46,457 bases of DNA from a bacterium. GTDB lineage: Bacteria > Sysuimicrobiota > Sysuimicrobiia > Sysuimicrobiales > Humicultoraceae. The stretch spans positions 1 to 46,457 of the forward strand of contig JBGQGY010000012.1 of the NCBI GenBank assembly GCA_041497675.1, given 5' to 3'. Position 1 is the first letter of the stretch. The number at the start of each line of letters is the position of its first letter. This document shows, piece by piece, positions 7,634-17,006 of this stretch. A program made the position numbers and the translations under genes. Under the pieces are notes generated by a model. It had not been told where the DNA came from, made no database searches, and saw only the letters and a list, made by a program, of their open reading frames with translations.

Positions 7634-8524
7634 ATGACTCTCAAAACGCTCCTGGTGATCGCGCTCCTGTCGAGCGTTGCCGCGGCCGCCCCGGCGCCCG
7701 CGGGCAGGATCTCCGTCGTGGCCTCGTTTTATCCCCTGTACGAATTCGCCCGTCAGGTGGGCGGCAATCGGGTGACCGTCCGCAACCTCGTGCCGGCCGG
7801 CGCCGAGCCGCACGATTACGAATTGACGCCCCGCGACGTGATCGCGGTCAACGAGGCCCGAGTGCTGATCTACAACGGCGCGGGCCTCGAGCCGTGGGTG
7901 CAGAAGCTGCTGCCCCAGATCCCAGAGCGCGTCGTGAAGATCAACGCCAGCAACGGCATCCAACTCATGCGGCTCGGCTCGGGCGGGGGCAGAGGGCAGA
8001 TCGATCCACACGTCTGGCTCGACCCGGTGCTCGCGCAGCGCCAGGTCGACAATATCCTCGCCGGAATCGTGCAGGCCGATGTGTCCGACAGGGCGGTCTA
8101 CGAGGCCAACGCGGCGGCCTTCAAGGCGAAACTGGGCGCATTGCACGAGCGCATCCAGCGAACCCTCGCACCGTGCCGCAAGAAGGTGTTCATCACGACC
8201 CACACAACGTTTGGCTATTTCGCGGCGCGATACGCTCTGACGCAGTTCGCCATCAGCGGGGTCACGCCGGAGGGCGAGCCGTCGGCCGCCAAGATGCGCG
8301 AGATCCTGCGGATCGTGCGGCAACACGATATCCATGTCATCTACTATGAAACGTTGGTCAGCCCGCGGGTGGCCTCGGCCGTCGCGCGGGAGGTCGGCGC
8401 GCGCACCCTCGTCTTGAACCCCATAGAGGGTCTGACCGGCGCCGAGGTGCGGCAGGGGAGAGACTACCTGTCGGTGATGGATGAGAACGTCCGCAGCCTC
8501 GCGCAGGGCCTTGACTGCCCGTAA
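7634..8524 (+). CDS. znuA: zinc ABC transporter substrate-binding protein
   Basis: Signal peptide, GAEPHDYELTP, NGAGLEPW, DPHVWLDP, TH..FGY..RY, LNPIE. Confidence 0.92.
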   Translation: MTLKTLLVIALLSSVAAAAPAPAGRISVVASFYPLYEFARQVGGNRVTVRNLVPAGAEPHDYELTPRDVIAVNEARVLIYNGAGLEPWVQKLLPQIPERVVKINASNGIQLMRLGSGGGRGQIDPHVWLDPVLAQRQVDNILAGIVQADVSDRAVYEANAAAFKAKLGALHERIQRTLAPCRKKVFITTHTTFGYFAARYALTQFAISGVTPEGEPSAAKMREILRIVRQHDIHVIYYETLVSPRVASAVAREVGARTLVLNPIEGLTGAEVRQGRDYLSVMDENVRSLAQGLDCP

Positions 8525-8565
8525 TGCGGGGACTACCATACGAAACGTATTGAGAACAATTCTCA
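8511..8565 (+). promoter_or_regulatory. internal promoter and Zur box upstream of zur
   Basis: TTGACT, 17 nt, TACCAT (8511-8539); perfect inverted repeat TGAGAA-CAA-TTCTCA at 8551-8565. Confidence 0.7.
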
Positions 8566-8596
8566 CCGAATCGTTCGCCGCTGGAGACAGAGGACC

Positions 8597-8992
8597 GTGA
8601 CGCAGCAACTTCCAAGGACGCGCAAGACGTGGCAGCGGGACGTAATCCTACAGGCCATGGACGCGGCGAAATGCCACATCACGGCTGAGGAGCTCCACCG
8701 GCGCGTGCGGCGCGGCGTCCGGCCGATCGGTCTGGCGACCGTCTACCGGGCGCTCGAGACCTTCGTCCGCGAGGCTCTGGCGGAACCGGTGCACGTCGGC
8801 GACGGCAAGGTGCGGTACGGTCTGACTGCCAAACATCACGACCACCTCGTCTGTCTCAACTGTGGAGAATGGGAACCGCTGAACGAGTGCCTGCTCCCCA
8901 GGACGCCGCGGCGTCTCGGGACCTTCAAAGTGACCGGGCATCAACTGGACGTGTATGGGTACTGCGCGCAGTGCCAGACGGCCGGGGCCTGA
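8597..8992 (+). CDS. zur: Fur-family regulator, probably Zur
   Basis: HITAEEL, IGLATVYRAL, HHDHLVCLNC, HQLDVYGYCAQC; located inside the znu operon. Confidence 0.85.
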   Translation: MTQQLPRTRKTWQRDVILQAMDAAKCHITAEELHRRVRRGVRPIGLATVYRALETFVREALAEPVHVGDGKVRYGLTAKHHDHLVCLNCGEWEPLNECLLPRTPRRLGTFKVTGHQLDVYGYCAQCQTAGA

Positions 8993-8995
8993 TCC

Positions 8996-9766
8996 ATGAA
9001 GGCGGGCTCCGCGACGAACGGCGACCCGCTTGTTGAACTGACGGACATCTGCTTCAGCTACGGCGACGAGCGGGTGCTCGATCACGTCACCCTGCAGATT
9101 CGGTCCGGCGACTTCCTGGGGATCATCGGTCCAAACGGGTCTGGAAAGACGACCCTGTTGCGCATCATGCTTGGGTTGCTGCGGCCTGACAGTGGACACG
9201 TGCGACTCTTTGGCAGTGACCTCGCCGCGTTTCGCGATTGGAACAGGTTTGGCTACGTGCCGCAGAAGGCCGTGGCATTCGAAACCCGGTTTCCGGCCAG
9301 CGTGTTCGAGGTGGTGCTCAGCGGGCGGTGCGGTCGGGCCGGTCTGGGCCGGCGGTATGGCGCTGATGATCGCGCGGTGAGCGTGCAGGCGCTGGAGACG
9401 GTCGGCATGATCGAGTATCGCGACCGGTTGATCGGCCGGCTCTCCTCGGGGCAGCAGCAGCGCGTGTTCATCGCGCGCGCGCTGGCGAGCCGCCCCGACC
9501 TGTTGCTGCTCGACGAGCCGACCGTGGGGGTCGACGTCGAGGCGCAGGAGCAGTTCTATGGCCTGCTGCGCCGCCTGAATCGCGACATGGGGACGACATT
9601 GGTCCTGGTCTCGCACGACATCGCGGTCATCGCCCAAGAGGTCACGCAACTGGCCTGTCTGAACCGCAGCCTCGTATTTCACGGCAGCCTCGACGAAGCG
9701 ATGCGGTCGGGCGCCGTCGAGCGCATGTACCGGGCCGAAAGCCGCCTGGTGGCCCACCGGCACTGA
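8996..9766 (+). CDS. znuC: metal ABC transporter ATPase
   Basis: GPNGSGKT, GYVPQ, LSSGQQQRVFIARAL, LLLDEP, VSHD, CLN. Confidence 0.92.
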   Translation: MKAGSATNGDPLVELTDICFSYGDERVLDHVTLQIRSGDFLGIIGPNGSGKTTLLRIMLGLLRPDSGHVRLFGSDLAAFRDWNRFGYVPQKAVAFETRFPASVFEVVLSGRCGRAGLGRRYGADDRAVSVQALETVGMIEYRDRLIGRLSSGQQQRVFIARALASRPDLLLLDEPTVGVDVEAQEQFYGLLRRLNRDMGTTLVLVSHDIAVIAQEVTQLACLNRSLVFHGSLDEAMRSGAVERMYRAESRLVAHRH

Positions 9767-9774
9767 GCCTCCCC

Positions 9775-10584
9775 GTGCCCGAAATTCTCCAATATGGGTT
9801 CATGCAGCGCGCGCTGCTCGCGGGCGCCATCATCGGGACGATCGCGCCCATGATCGGCGTCTTCTTGGTGCTGCGCCGTCTCAGCCTGATCGCCGATACG
9901 CTGTCGCACGTGGCGCTGGCCGGCGTCGCCGCCGGTCTGCTGTTGCAGACCTACCCGCTGGCCGGCGCGCTGGTCGCGGCGCTGGTCGGCGCCGTCGGCA
10001 TCGAGCGGCTGCGGATGTCCGGACGGTTGTTCGGCGAAGCCGCGCTGGCGATCTTCCTCTCCGGAGGCTTCGCGGTGGCCGTCGTGCTCATCAGCCTCGC
10101 GCGCGGGTTCAACGTCGACCTGTTTTCGTATCTGTTTGGGGCGATCACGGTCGTCCAGCCGCGCGACCTGTGGGTCATCTTGGTGCTGGGTCTGGTCGTG
10201 TTCGGCGCGGTGACCGCGTTCTCGAAGGAACTCTTTGCCATCACCTTCGATGAGGAGAGCGCGCGCGTTCAGGGCGTGCCGGTCGACCGGCTCAACCTGC
10301 TGCTCACCGTGTTGGTCGCCGTGACCGTGGTCGTCGCCATGCGGATCGTCGGCATCCTGCTGACCAGCGCCCTGCTCGTGATCCCCGCGGTGACGGCGTT
10401 GCGGCTCGCCCGCAGCTTCCGCACGACGCTCGTGGTCGCCGTGGCGTGCTCGCTGGTTTCCGTGTTGGTCGGCATGATGGTGTCGTTCTACCTGGATATC
10501 GCCGCGGGCGGCGCGATCGTCCTCACGGCGCTGGCGTTATTTGGGGCGGCGATGCTGGCCAGGCGGGAGAAGGCGCCACGCTAG
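9775..10584 (+). CDS. znuB: metal ABC transporter permease
   Basis: FMQRALLAG, DTLSHVALAG, SYLFG, FDEE.AR, VG.LL.SALL.IPA. Confidence 0.92.
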   Translation: MPEILQYGFMQRALLAGAIIGTIAPMIGVFLVLRRLSLIADTLSHVALAGVAAGLLLQTYPLAGALVAALVGAVGIERLRMSGRLFGEAALAIFLSGGFAVAVVLISLARGFNVDLFSYLFGAITVVQPRDLWVILVLGLVVFGAVTAFSKELFAITFDEESARVQGVPVDRLNLLLTVLVAVTVVVAMRIVGILLTSALLVIPAVTALRLARSFRTTLVVAVACSLVSVLVGMMVSFYLDIAAGGAIVLTALALFGAAMLARREKAPR

Positions 10585-10629
10585 CCGAATGCACTGTCTA
10601 GATTACCGACACCCACTGGAGTGATAGCT

Positions 10630-11127
10630 ATGTCCCGTAGAGCCATTTCCGCGCCACCCGGTAGTACCACGCCGCTCTCACCGGCGATCATCGTCGATGG
10701 GATCGTCTACGCCTCGGGCCAGATCGGCCGCGATCCTGTCACCGGCGAGGTGCCGGCAGACATCGGCGCGCAGGTGCGCCACACCATCGATAATCTCCGC
10801 GCCGTCTTGCGCCAGGCGGGCGCCGACCTGAAGGACGTCGTGAAGACCACGGTCTTCCTGACGCGGCAGTCCGATTTTGGCGTGATGAACGACATCTACG
10901 CGCAGCAATTCCCCGAACCACGACCGGCGCGATCGACGATCGTCGTCGCGGCCTTGGCGCGCCCAGGCATCGACGTCGAGATCGAAGCGGTCGCCTACCC
11001 GGCGAAAGCCTCTGGCGCGGGGAAGGGCGCGAAAACGCGGGCGAAGACGCGGGCCAAGACTGGTGCGAAGAAGAGCGGCGCTACGCGGAAGGCGGCGCGG
11101 TCGTCTCGAGGGCGTCGCGGGCGATAG
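10630..11127 (+). CDS. RidA/YjgF/UK114 family protein with a basic low-complexity tail
   Basis: YASGQIG, DVVKTTVFL, MNDIY...F....PARS, VEIEAVA, then about 40 aa rich in K/R/A. Confidence 0.88.
   Translation: MSRRAISAPPGSTTPLSPAIIVDGIVYASGQIGRDPVTGEVPADIGAQVRHTIDNLRAVLRQAGADLKDVVKTTVFLTRQSDFGVMNDIYAQQFPEPRPARSTIVVAALARPGIDVEIEAVAYPAKASGAGKGAKTRAKTRAKTGAKKSGATRKAARSSRGRRGR
11029..11073 (+). repeat. imperfect 12-nt tandem repeat encoding AKTR-AKTR-AKTG-AKK
   Basis: gcgaaaacgcgg gcgaagacgcgg gccaagactggt gcgaagaag. Confidence 0.7.
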
Positions 11128-12016
11128 CCGCGAGGATCGCGACAAACTCGGGCGACGCGTTCAGCGACTCGGTTCTGACGAAACGCATTCCCAACTCATG
11201 CGCCAGCCGGTGGGCTTCGACGTCGAGGTCGTAGAGCACCTCGAGATGATCGGCCACGAAGCCAATCGGACAGACCGCGACGTCGTGCACGTCCTTGGCG
11301 CGCAGGTCCCGAAGCGCGTCGAGCACGTCCGGACCCAGCCACGCCTCACCAGTGGCGCTCGCGCTCTGAAACGCAAACGACCACCGGGTGACACCCGCGG
11401 CCTGGGCCACCGCCTTCGCCGATTCGACGAGTTGTAGGGGATAGGGATCCTGAAATTCGGCGATGCGTTTTGGCAGGCTGTGGGCGGTAAAGACAACGTG
11501 TGCCCCGCGTGACGCATCGAGGCGTGCCAGCGCTGCGCGTACGCGGTCTGCAAGCGCCGTGATGAAGAGGGGGTGCAGGTGCCACGACTCGACGAAGCGC
11601 AGGTGGGGCCCCCCGAGCCGTCCGATAGTTTCCTTGGCGGTCTTGATGTACGTACCGACGCTGATCCGCGAGTAGTGTGGGGCCAGCACGATCGCCGCGC
11701 CCCCCGTCACGCCATCGGCGTGCATCCGCTCGACGGTCGCGTCGATGAATGGGTGCCAGTGCTTCATCCCCATGTACACTGGGACGCCTGAGGCCGCCTG
11801 CAGCGCGTCTGCAACCGTGCGCGTGATATCCAGCAGGGGCGACAGACCGCCGATTGCGTCGTACCGGGCCGCGAGTTCGGCGATCTTCTCGGGGCTTGGC
11901 GTCCGACCGCCGCGGATGTGCGTGTAGTATGGCGCGATGTCGGCGGGGCCCGCGGGCGTGCCATAGGCCATCAACAGAATAGCGTTCGATGTGCGACGCG
12001 GTTCCGAGGGACTCAT
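11081..12016 (-). CDS. hemH: ferrochelatase (coproporphyrin ferrochelatase-like)
   Basis: LLMAYGTP, GGLSPL, GMKHWHPFI, LAPHYS, FTAHSLP, WLGPD, PIGFVADHLEVLYDLD. ATG 12016 chosen over the longer ORF. Confidence 0.93.
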   Translation of the reverse strand: MSPSEPRRTSNAILLMAYGTPAGPADIAPYYTHIRGGRTPSPEKIAELAARYDAIGGLSPLLDITRTVADALQAASGVPVYMGMKHWHPFIDATVERMHADGVTGGAAIVLAPHYSRISVGTYIKTAKETIGRLGGPHLRFVESWHLHPLFITALADRVRAALARLDASRGAHVVFTAHSLPKRIAEFQDPYPLQLVESAKAVAQAAGVTRWSFAFQSASATGEAWLGPDVLDALRDLRAKDVHDVAVCPIGFVADHLEVLYDLDVEAHRLAHELGMRFVRTESLNASPEFVAILAAIARDALETTAPPSA

Positions 12017-12041
12017 GACCGCACACAGAATAGCACAAGAC

Positions 12042-12884
12042 ATGAGCATGCTCACCGAGACCGAAGTTCGCCCCCATATCGTCGTGTGGACACCGGGCGG
12101 CGAGGATCTGTCGACGTCGTTTGGCGCCAACTGCACCGCTATCATCGCGGACCGCACTGTCGTCCTGGTGGATCCGCTGGCGAGCCCGGCGCACGCCCGG
12201 CAGGTGGACGCGGCGCTTCGGGCACGCACGCAGGCACCCGTGCGCTTCGTCGTGCTGACCCATCACCACTCCGACCACGCGTTGGGCGCCTCGTTGTTCG
12301 CCCGTCAGGGCGCCGCGGTCATCACGCACCGCGCCTGCCGCGAGCGCATGATCGCCGAGCACCCGGGGCTGATCGAGCAGCGGCGCGCGCAGCCGGCCAC
12401 GCGGGAGTGGTACGCGGACGCCGAGCCGGTCCTGCCGGCGGTCACTTTCGACGACGGTCTGACGCTGCACGCGGGCGGGCGCGAAATCGAAATCTGGCAC
12501 CAGGGGTGGGGGCACACGCCCGGCGACGCCTTTCTCTTTCTGCCGGCCGACCGCGTCGCCGTGTGCGGCGATCTGGCCTCGGCCGGGTATCATCACAACT
12601 ACGCCGACGCGTCGCTGGACGGCCTGCGCCGCGGGCTCGACGCGCTGCGGGCGTTGGATGCCGATGTGTTCATTCCCGGGCACGGCCCGGTGGGTGGCGC
12701 CGAGGTGATCGAACTGCAGGCGGCCTATCACGACGCGGTCGAAGCGATCGTGCGGGGCGCCGCGGACGAGGGACGCGACGCCGCCGCCACCGCGGCGGCG
12801 ATCCGCGAGCGATTTCCCGATTACAAGCTGACGATGGTGATTCCCACAGCGGTCGCGCGTCTGCGCGGGCCGTCGAAGGGCTAG
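12042..12884 (+). CDS. metallo-beta-lactamase-fold hydrolase (cyclase-like)
   Basis: THHHSDH, GHTPGD, GDL and PGHG motifs. Confidence 0.88.
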   Translation: MSMLTETEVRPHIVVWTPGGEDLSTSFGANCTAIIADRTVVLVDPLASPAHARQVDAALRARTQAPVRFVVLTHHHSDHALGASLFARQGAAVITHRACRERMIAEHPGLIEQRRAQPATREWYADAEPVLPAVTFDDGLTLHAGGREIEIWHQGWGHTPGDAFLFLPADRVAVCGDLASAGYHHNYADASLDGLRRGLDALRALDADVFIPGHGPVGGAEVIELQAAYHDAVEAIVRGAADEGRDAAATAAAIRERFPDYKLTMVIPTAVARLRGPSKG

Positions 12885-13444
12885 CCGAGGATCTCCTGCG
12901 CGACGTCTTTCATCGGACGGCGCTGATCGCGGCTGGTTTTCTGAATCTTCTTGAACGCATCGGCTTCTGAGAGCCCTTCGCGTTCCATCAAGACACCCTT
13001 GGCGCGCTCGATCAGCTTACGGGTCTCCAGCGCGTCTTCGAGATCCCTGATCTCGCCGGACAGCGCGCTCATCGTCTTGAAGTGCGTCATCGCCATCTCA
13101 ATCGTGGGGATCAGGTCGGCTTCCTTGATTGGCTTCACCAGGTACGCCATGACGCCGAGCTGTTTCGCGCGGTCGACGTAGTCGCGGTCGCCGTAGGCGC
13201 TCAAGATCACGATGGGCCGCGGGCCGCCGGCGAGCACCTGCTGCGCGACGGCCAGCCCGTCGAGTTCGGGCATCTTGAGATCCAGAAAGATCAGGTCGGG
13301 GTCGAGCTTGCGGATGAGGTCGAGCGTCCGGCGACCGTCGCCCGCTTCGCCCACGACCTGGTACCCGGCTTCGCTGAGCATGGCGCGGAGACCCATCCGG
13401 ATCAGAGCCTCGTCATCGGCGATCACCACGCGGACTTTCGGCAT
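12881..13444 (-). CDS. ANTAR-domain response regulator (PdtaR/EutV-like)
   Basis: REC domain (ADDE, LDLKMP, LSAY, YLVKP) plus ANTAR (LETRKLIERAKGVLM...SEADAF..IQK.S...RRPMKDVA). ATG 13444. Confidence 0.92.
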   Translation of the reverse strand: MPKVRVVIADDEALIRMGLRAMLSEAGYQVVGEAGDGRRTLDLIRKLDPDLIFLDLKMPELDGLAVAQQVLAGGPRPIVILSAYGDRDYVDRAKQLGVMAYLVKPIKEADLIPTIEMAMTHFKTMSALSGEIRDLEDALETRKLIERAKGVLMEREGLSEADAFKKIQKTSRDQRRPMKDVAQEILG

Positions 13445-13460
13445 CAGCGCGCCGGCGACC

Positions 13461-15128
13461 TCACCGCGTGACCCCCGGCGCCACGTCCCTGACGCGCGGC
13501 ACCGCGATGGTGGCCCGCGTCCCCGCCGTGTGGCCCGCACCCAGGTCAAACCGGCCCTTCAAATCCTCAATGGCCAGCGCACGGACGATCTTGAGACCGA
13601 GGTTGTCGGTCGACAGCGGATCGGTCCCGGTCGGCACGCCGACGCCGTCGTCGGTGACCTCCACGATCCACTCGCGCTCGGTCTGCCCGAGCACGATGCG
13701 GATGCGTCCCTCGGCGCGGCCGGGAAACGCGTGCTCGAGCGCATTCTGCACCAACTCGGTGACCGCGAGCGCGACCGACGTGGCCTGCTGTGACGGCATG
13801 TACAGCTCGTCGCCTTCGATGGCGACGGTGACGCGCAGCGGCGGGCGCGTCATGGTCTGGGAGACCGTCTGGGTGACCTTCTCGAGCAGCTCGCGCACGT
13901 TGATGAGCCGGAACCCTTCGACCGAGAGGATCTCGTGGACCGCGGCAATGCTCAGGATCCGGTTGATGGTCTCGGTGAGGACTTCGCGGCCCGAGACCTC
14001 ACGACCGTCGCGCAGCTGCAGCCGCAGCAGCATGGCGATCGTTTGGAGGTTGTTCTTCACGCGGTGATGCATCTCACGTACGACCGCCGAGCGCACGATC
14101 AGCGACGAGTTCTCGATGGCCAGCGCGGTCTGGTTGGCCAGCGTCGAGAGCAGCGAGATCTCGTCGGCCGTGAACTGGTGCGTGTGGTCCTTGTACAGGT
14201 TGAAGACGCCGATGATCTTGTCACGCACCGCCAGCGGCACGGCCAGCAGCGCTCGGAGTCCTTCTTCGCGCGCCATGTCCTTGTGCACGAAGCGCGGATC
14301 GTCGAGGACGTCGGCGACCGCCAGCGGCCGTCCGGTCTGCGCCACGAGACCCACGATGCCTTCGCCGGCGCGCAGGCTCGGGCGGCTCTGGTAGCGCTCG
14401 CCGGCCTGATGCGATGCCGTGAGCACGAGCTCGCCCGTCTGCTCGTCGAGCAGCATGAGCGAGCACAGCCGGGCATCCAGCATCCGGCTCGCCATCTCGA
14501 CGATGAGGCGGAGGATCTCCCCGAGATACAACGGGGAGGTGATCGTCTTGCTGGCTTCGGCCAGGGTCGAGAGTTCCATGATTTGACGGCGCATGTTGTC
14601 GTAGAGCGCCGCCTTCTCGATCGCCCCCGCCGCCAGGTCGGCAATGATGCCGAGCAACTCGATTTCGTCGACCCCGTATTCGTGCACCGCGGTGGTCTGG
14701 ACGTTCATCGCCCCGATGGTCTTGCCGCCGGTGCGGAGCGGCACGGCCAGCAGCGAGCGAAACGCGTACTCGCGGGTGCCCGGGACGTAGACGAATCGGG
14801 GATCGCTGGCGGCGTCGCTGCTGAAGACCGGCTGGCCATGTCGGCCGGCGTACCCGGTCAGACCCTCGCCGAAGCGCAGCCGCGCGCGCCCGATCGATTC
14901 GGCGGCCAGACCCGTGGTCGCCCGCAAGACGAGATACTCGCCGGCCGGGTCGAGCAGATAGATCGAGCACGAATCCATGCCCATGACTTCGGCCGTTTTC
15001 CCGGTGATGAGCTGCAGGGTGGAATCGAGGTCCAGCGCCGCGCTGATCGCCTGGCTGATCTCGCGCAGCGCGGCGATCTCGGCTTCCTTCCGTTCGAGAC
15101 GATCGCGCGCCGGTCGCACAGCACTCAC
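13461..15128 (-). CDS. soluble GAF-GAF-HisKA_2 sensor histidine kinase (PdtaS/EutW-like)
   Basis: Two GAF repeats (GEGL/IxG...DPRF...LLAVPL), EMHHRVKNNLQ, ELVQNALEHAF, DDGVG, LGL.IV; no TM segments seen. Confidence 0.92.
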   Translation of the reverse strand: MSAVRPARDRLERKEAEIAALREISQAISAALDLDSTLQLITGKTAEVMGMDSCSIYLLDPAGEYLVLRATTGLAAESIGRARLRFGEGLTGYAGRHGQPVFSSDAASDPRFVYVPGTREYAFRSLLAVPLRTGGKTIGAMNVQTTAVHEYGVDEIELLGIIADLAAGAIEKAALYDNMRRQIMELSTLAEASKTITSPLYLGEILRLIVEMASRMLDARLCSLMLLDEQTGELVLTASHQAGERYQSRPSLRAGEGIVGLVAQTGRPLAVADVLDDPRFVHKDMAREEGLRALLAVPLAVRDKIIGVFNLYKDHTHQFTADEISLLSTLANQTALAIENSSLIVRSAVVREMHHRVKNNLQTIAMLLRLQLRDGREVSGREVLTETINRILSIAAVHEILSVEGFRLINVRELLEKVTQTVSQTMTRPPLRVTVAIEGDELYMPSQQATSVALAVTELVQNALEHAFPGRAEGRIRIVLGQTEREWIVEVTDDGVGVPTGTDPLSTDNLGLKIVRALAIEDLKGRFDLGAGHTAGTRATIAVPRVRDVAPGVTR

Positions 15129-15133
15129 GGAGA

Positions 15134-15625
15134 CTAGCGGGTCCGAGTCAGTGTGAACTGGGCGCCGGGTGCAAACCCGTTCTTCTTGAAGAACCCCTGG
15201 TTGACCTCGAGCGCATACCGGTAGGCTGCGCTGGGCTCATAGATCGGCCACGGGCCGGCCTGCGGGTCGGCGGGAACCGCCATGTCGACGACCTCGAGCA
15301 GACGCCAGGTCTTGTCAATGAAACCGATCGACAGCGGGATGAGCGTGTTCTTCATCCAGAAACCCCACTTGGCGTCTTCCTCGAAGACGAAGAGCATCCC
15401 GGCCTGATCGGGCAGCGATTTTCGGTTCATCAATCCGTACGAACGGGTTTCGGTGGTCTCGGCGATCTCGACGGTCATCATCACGCGGCGTTCGTTTTGC
15501 GCGACAACGAGGGTGCCGCGGCCAAACGGCGGGGGCGGTGATGTGGCCGGGGTGGCCGCCGCGACGGCCAGCGTCGCCGCGCAGAGGGCGATCGCCGTCA
15601 CGGCCGGGTAGAGCACTCGCCTCAT
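15134..15625 (-). CDS. DUF192 family exported protein
   Basis: Signal peptide, VEIA.T...R..GLM.R, GMLFVF, FWMKNTLIPLSIGFID, YALEVNQG; SD GAGAGG. Confidence 0.88.
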   Translation of the reverse strand: MRRVLYPAVTAIALCAATLAVAAATPATSPPPPFGRGTLVVAQNERRVMMTVEIAETTETRSYGLMNRKSLPDQAGMLFVFEEDAKWGFWMKNTLIPLSIGFIDKTWRLLEVVDMAVPADPQAGPWPIYEPSAAYRYALEVNQGFFKKNGFAPGAQFTLTRTR

Positions 15626-15728
15626 CTGGAACATCCTCTCATCGATCTGGTATCCTAACGCAAGGACACGTGCGCAACACTCGTACAGTTCCACCGACGC
15701 GCAAATCAGCCCTGCCAGGGAGTCACGT

Positions 15729-17006
15729 GTGACGTGTGACGTGTTGATCGTTGGCGCCGGTCCGGCCGGTTCGACCGCGGCCCGGACGTGCGCCTCGTTG
15801 GGTCTCCGCACGATCCTGCTGGAGGAGCATCCCGAGGTCGGGTGTCCGACCCATTGCACCGGCAAGCTCTCGCTCCACGGCTTCGAGCGATTCGACATCC
15901 CGGCGTCGCTCATCCAGACGACCCTGCGGGCCGCCGGTCTGTATGCTCCCGACGGCACGGTCGCGCGCGTCCGCCGGGCGGTCGCCGACTCACACGTTGT
16001 CGATCGCGATCCCTTTGACCGTTTTCTCGCGCAACGGGCCGCGGATGCCGGGGCAGACATCATCACCGGTGCTCGGGCCCGGACAGTCGAGCGGGTGACC
16101 GTCGGCCGCGGCTTGCTGCGCGTGCGCGTCGAGCGGCGCGCCGACCCGCTGGTCATCACCACGCCGCTGGTCATCGACGCCGAGGGCGCGAACCCGATCC
16201 TGCCGCCGCAGTTGAACATCTCGCCCCGCCGCACGTTGGTGCACGGGTTGCAATACGAACTCGAAGGCGTCGAGGTCGATGCCGAAGACGCGCCGGACCT
16301 CTACTTTGGCCGCGACGTCGCGCCCGGATTCTTCGCCTGGCTGATGCCGATCGGGTCCGGACGCGGGCGCCTCGGTCTGGCCGTCGACCCTCGTCTGACG
16401 AACCGGCCGCCGGTCTTCTACCTCGAACGCCTCATCGAATCGCACCCCGCCGTCGCGCCTCGAATGGGGCGTGCCACAATCGTGAGAAAGCTGGCCGGGC
16501 GTATCCCGATCCTCGGCCTGCGGCGGCCGACGTACACCGACGGCATGATGGTGATCGGTGACGCCGCCGGTCAGGTGAAGGCGACCAGCGGCGGCGGGAT
16601 CTACTTTTCCATGCTGGCCGGCGAGATCGCCGGACAGGCGGCGGCCCGCTATCTCGGCGGCGATGCGGCGAAGGCGCGAGGCGCGCTGGCCGACTACGAA
16701 CATCAGTGGCAGGCGGCGTTTGGGCGCGAAGTACGGTTCACCACGATCGTGCGCCAGACCGTCAATCGTCTCTCCGACCGTCACATCAACGCCGTCATTC
16801 GTGCGTTAGCGACCGACGAGGGGCTGCGCCGAGCGGTCGAGGAACACGGCGACACGCAGTACCAGTCCCGGTTGTTTCGACCGGTGCTGGCCGCGGCCGT
16901 GCGCGCGGGCGTCCGCGACCTCCGCCTCGCCCCGACGGTGCTGGCCGCGCTCGGGGCCGCCATGCTCTCGCTGTGGAGCGACGGCGCCCCGGCTTCCATT
17001 CAATGA
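15729..17006 (+). CDS. geranylgeranyl reductase family FAD oxidoreductase
   Basis: VGAGPAGS, EEHPEVGCPTHCTG, DRD.FD..LA, DAEG, APGFFAW..P, GDAAGQVKATSGGGI. Confidence 0.85.
   Translation: MTCDVLIVGAGPAGSTAARTCASLGLRTILLEEHPEVGCPTHCTGKLSLHGFERFDIPASLIQTTLRAAGLYAPDGTVARVRRAVADSHVVDRDPFDRFLAQRAADAGADIITGARARTVERVTVGRGLLRVRVERRADPLVITTPLVIDAEGANPILPPQLNISPRRTLVHGLQYELEGVEVDAEDAPDLYFGRDVAPGFFAWLMPIGSGRGRLGLAVDPRLTNRPPVFYLERLIESHPAVAPRMGRATIVRKLAGRIPILGLRRPTYTDGMMVIGDAAGQVKATSGGGIYFSMLAGEIAGQAAARYLGGDAAKARGALADYEHQWQAAFGREVRFTTIVRQTVNRLSDRHINAVIRALATDEGLRRAVEEHGDTQYQSRLFRPVLAAAVRAGVRDLRLAPTVLAALGAAMLSLWSDGAPASIQ

Noticed and set aside
12042..12884. MBL hydrolase as the 4-pyridoxolactonase of the B6 pathway
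   Set aside because: About 16 kb from the core and in a different transcription unit; it shows only generic MBL motifs.
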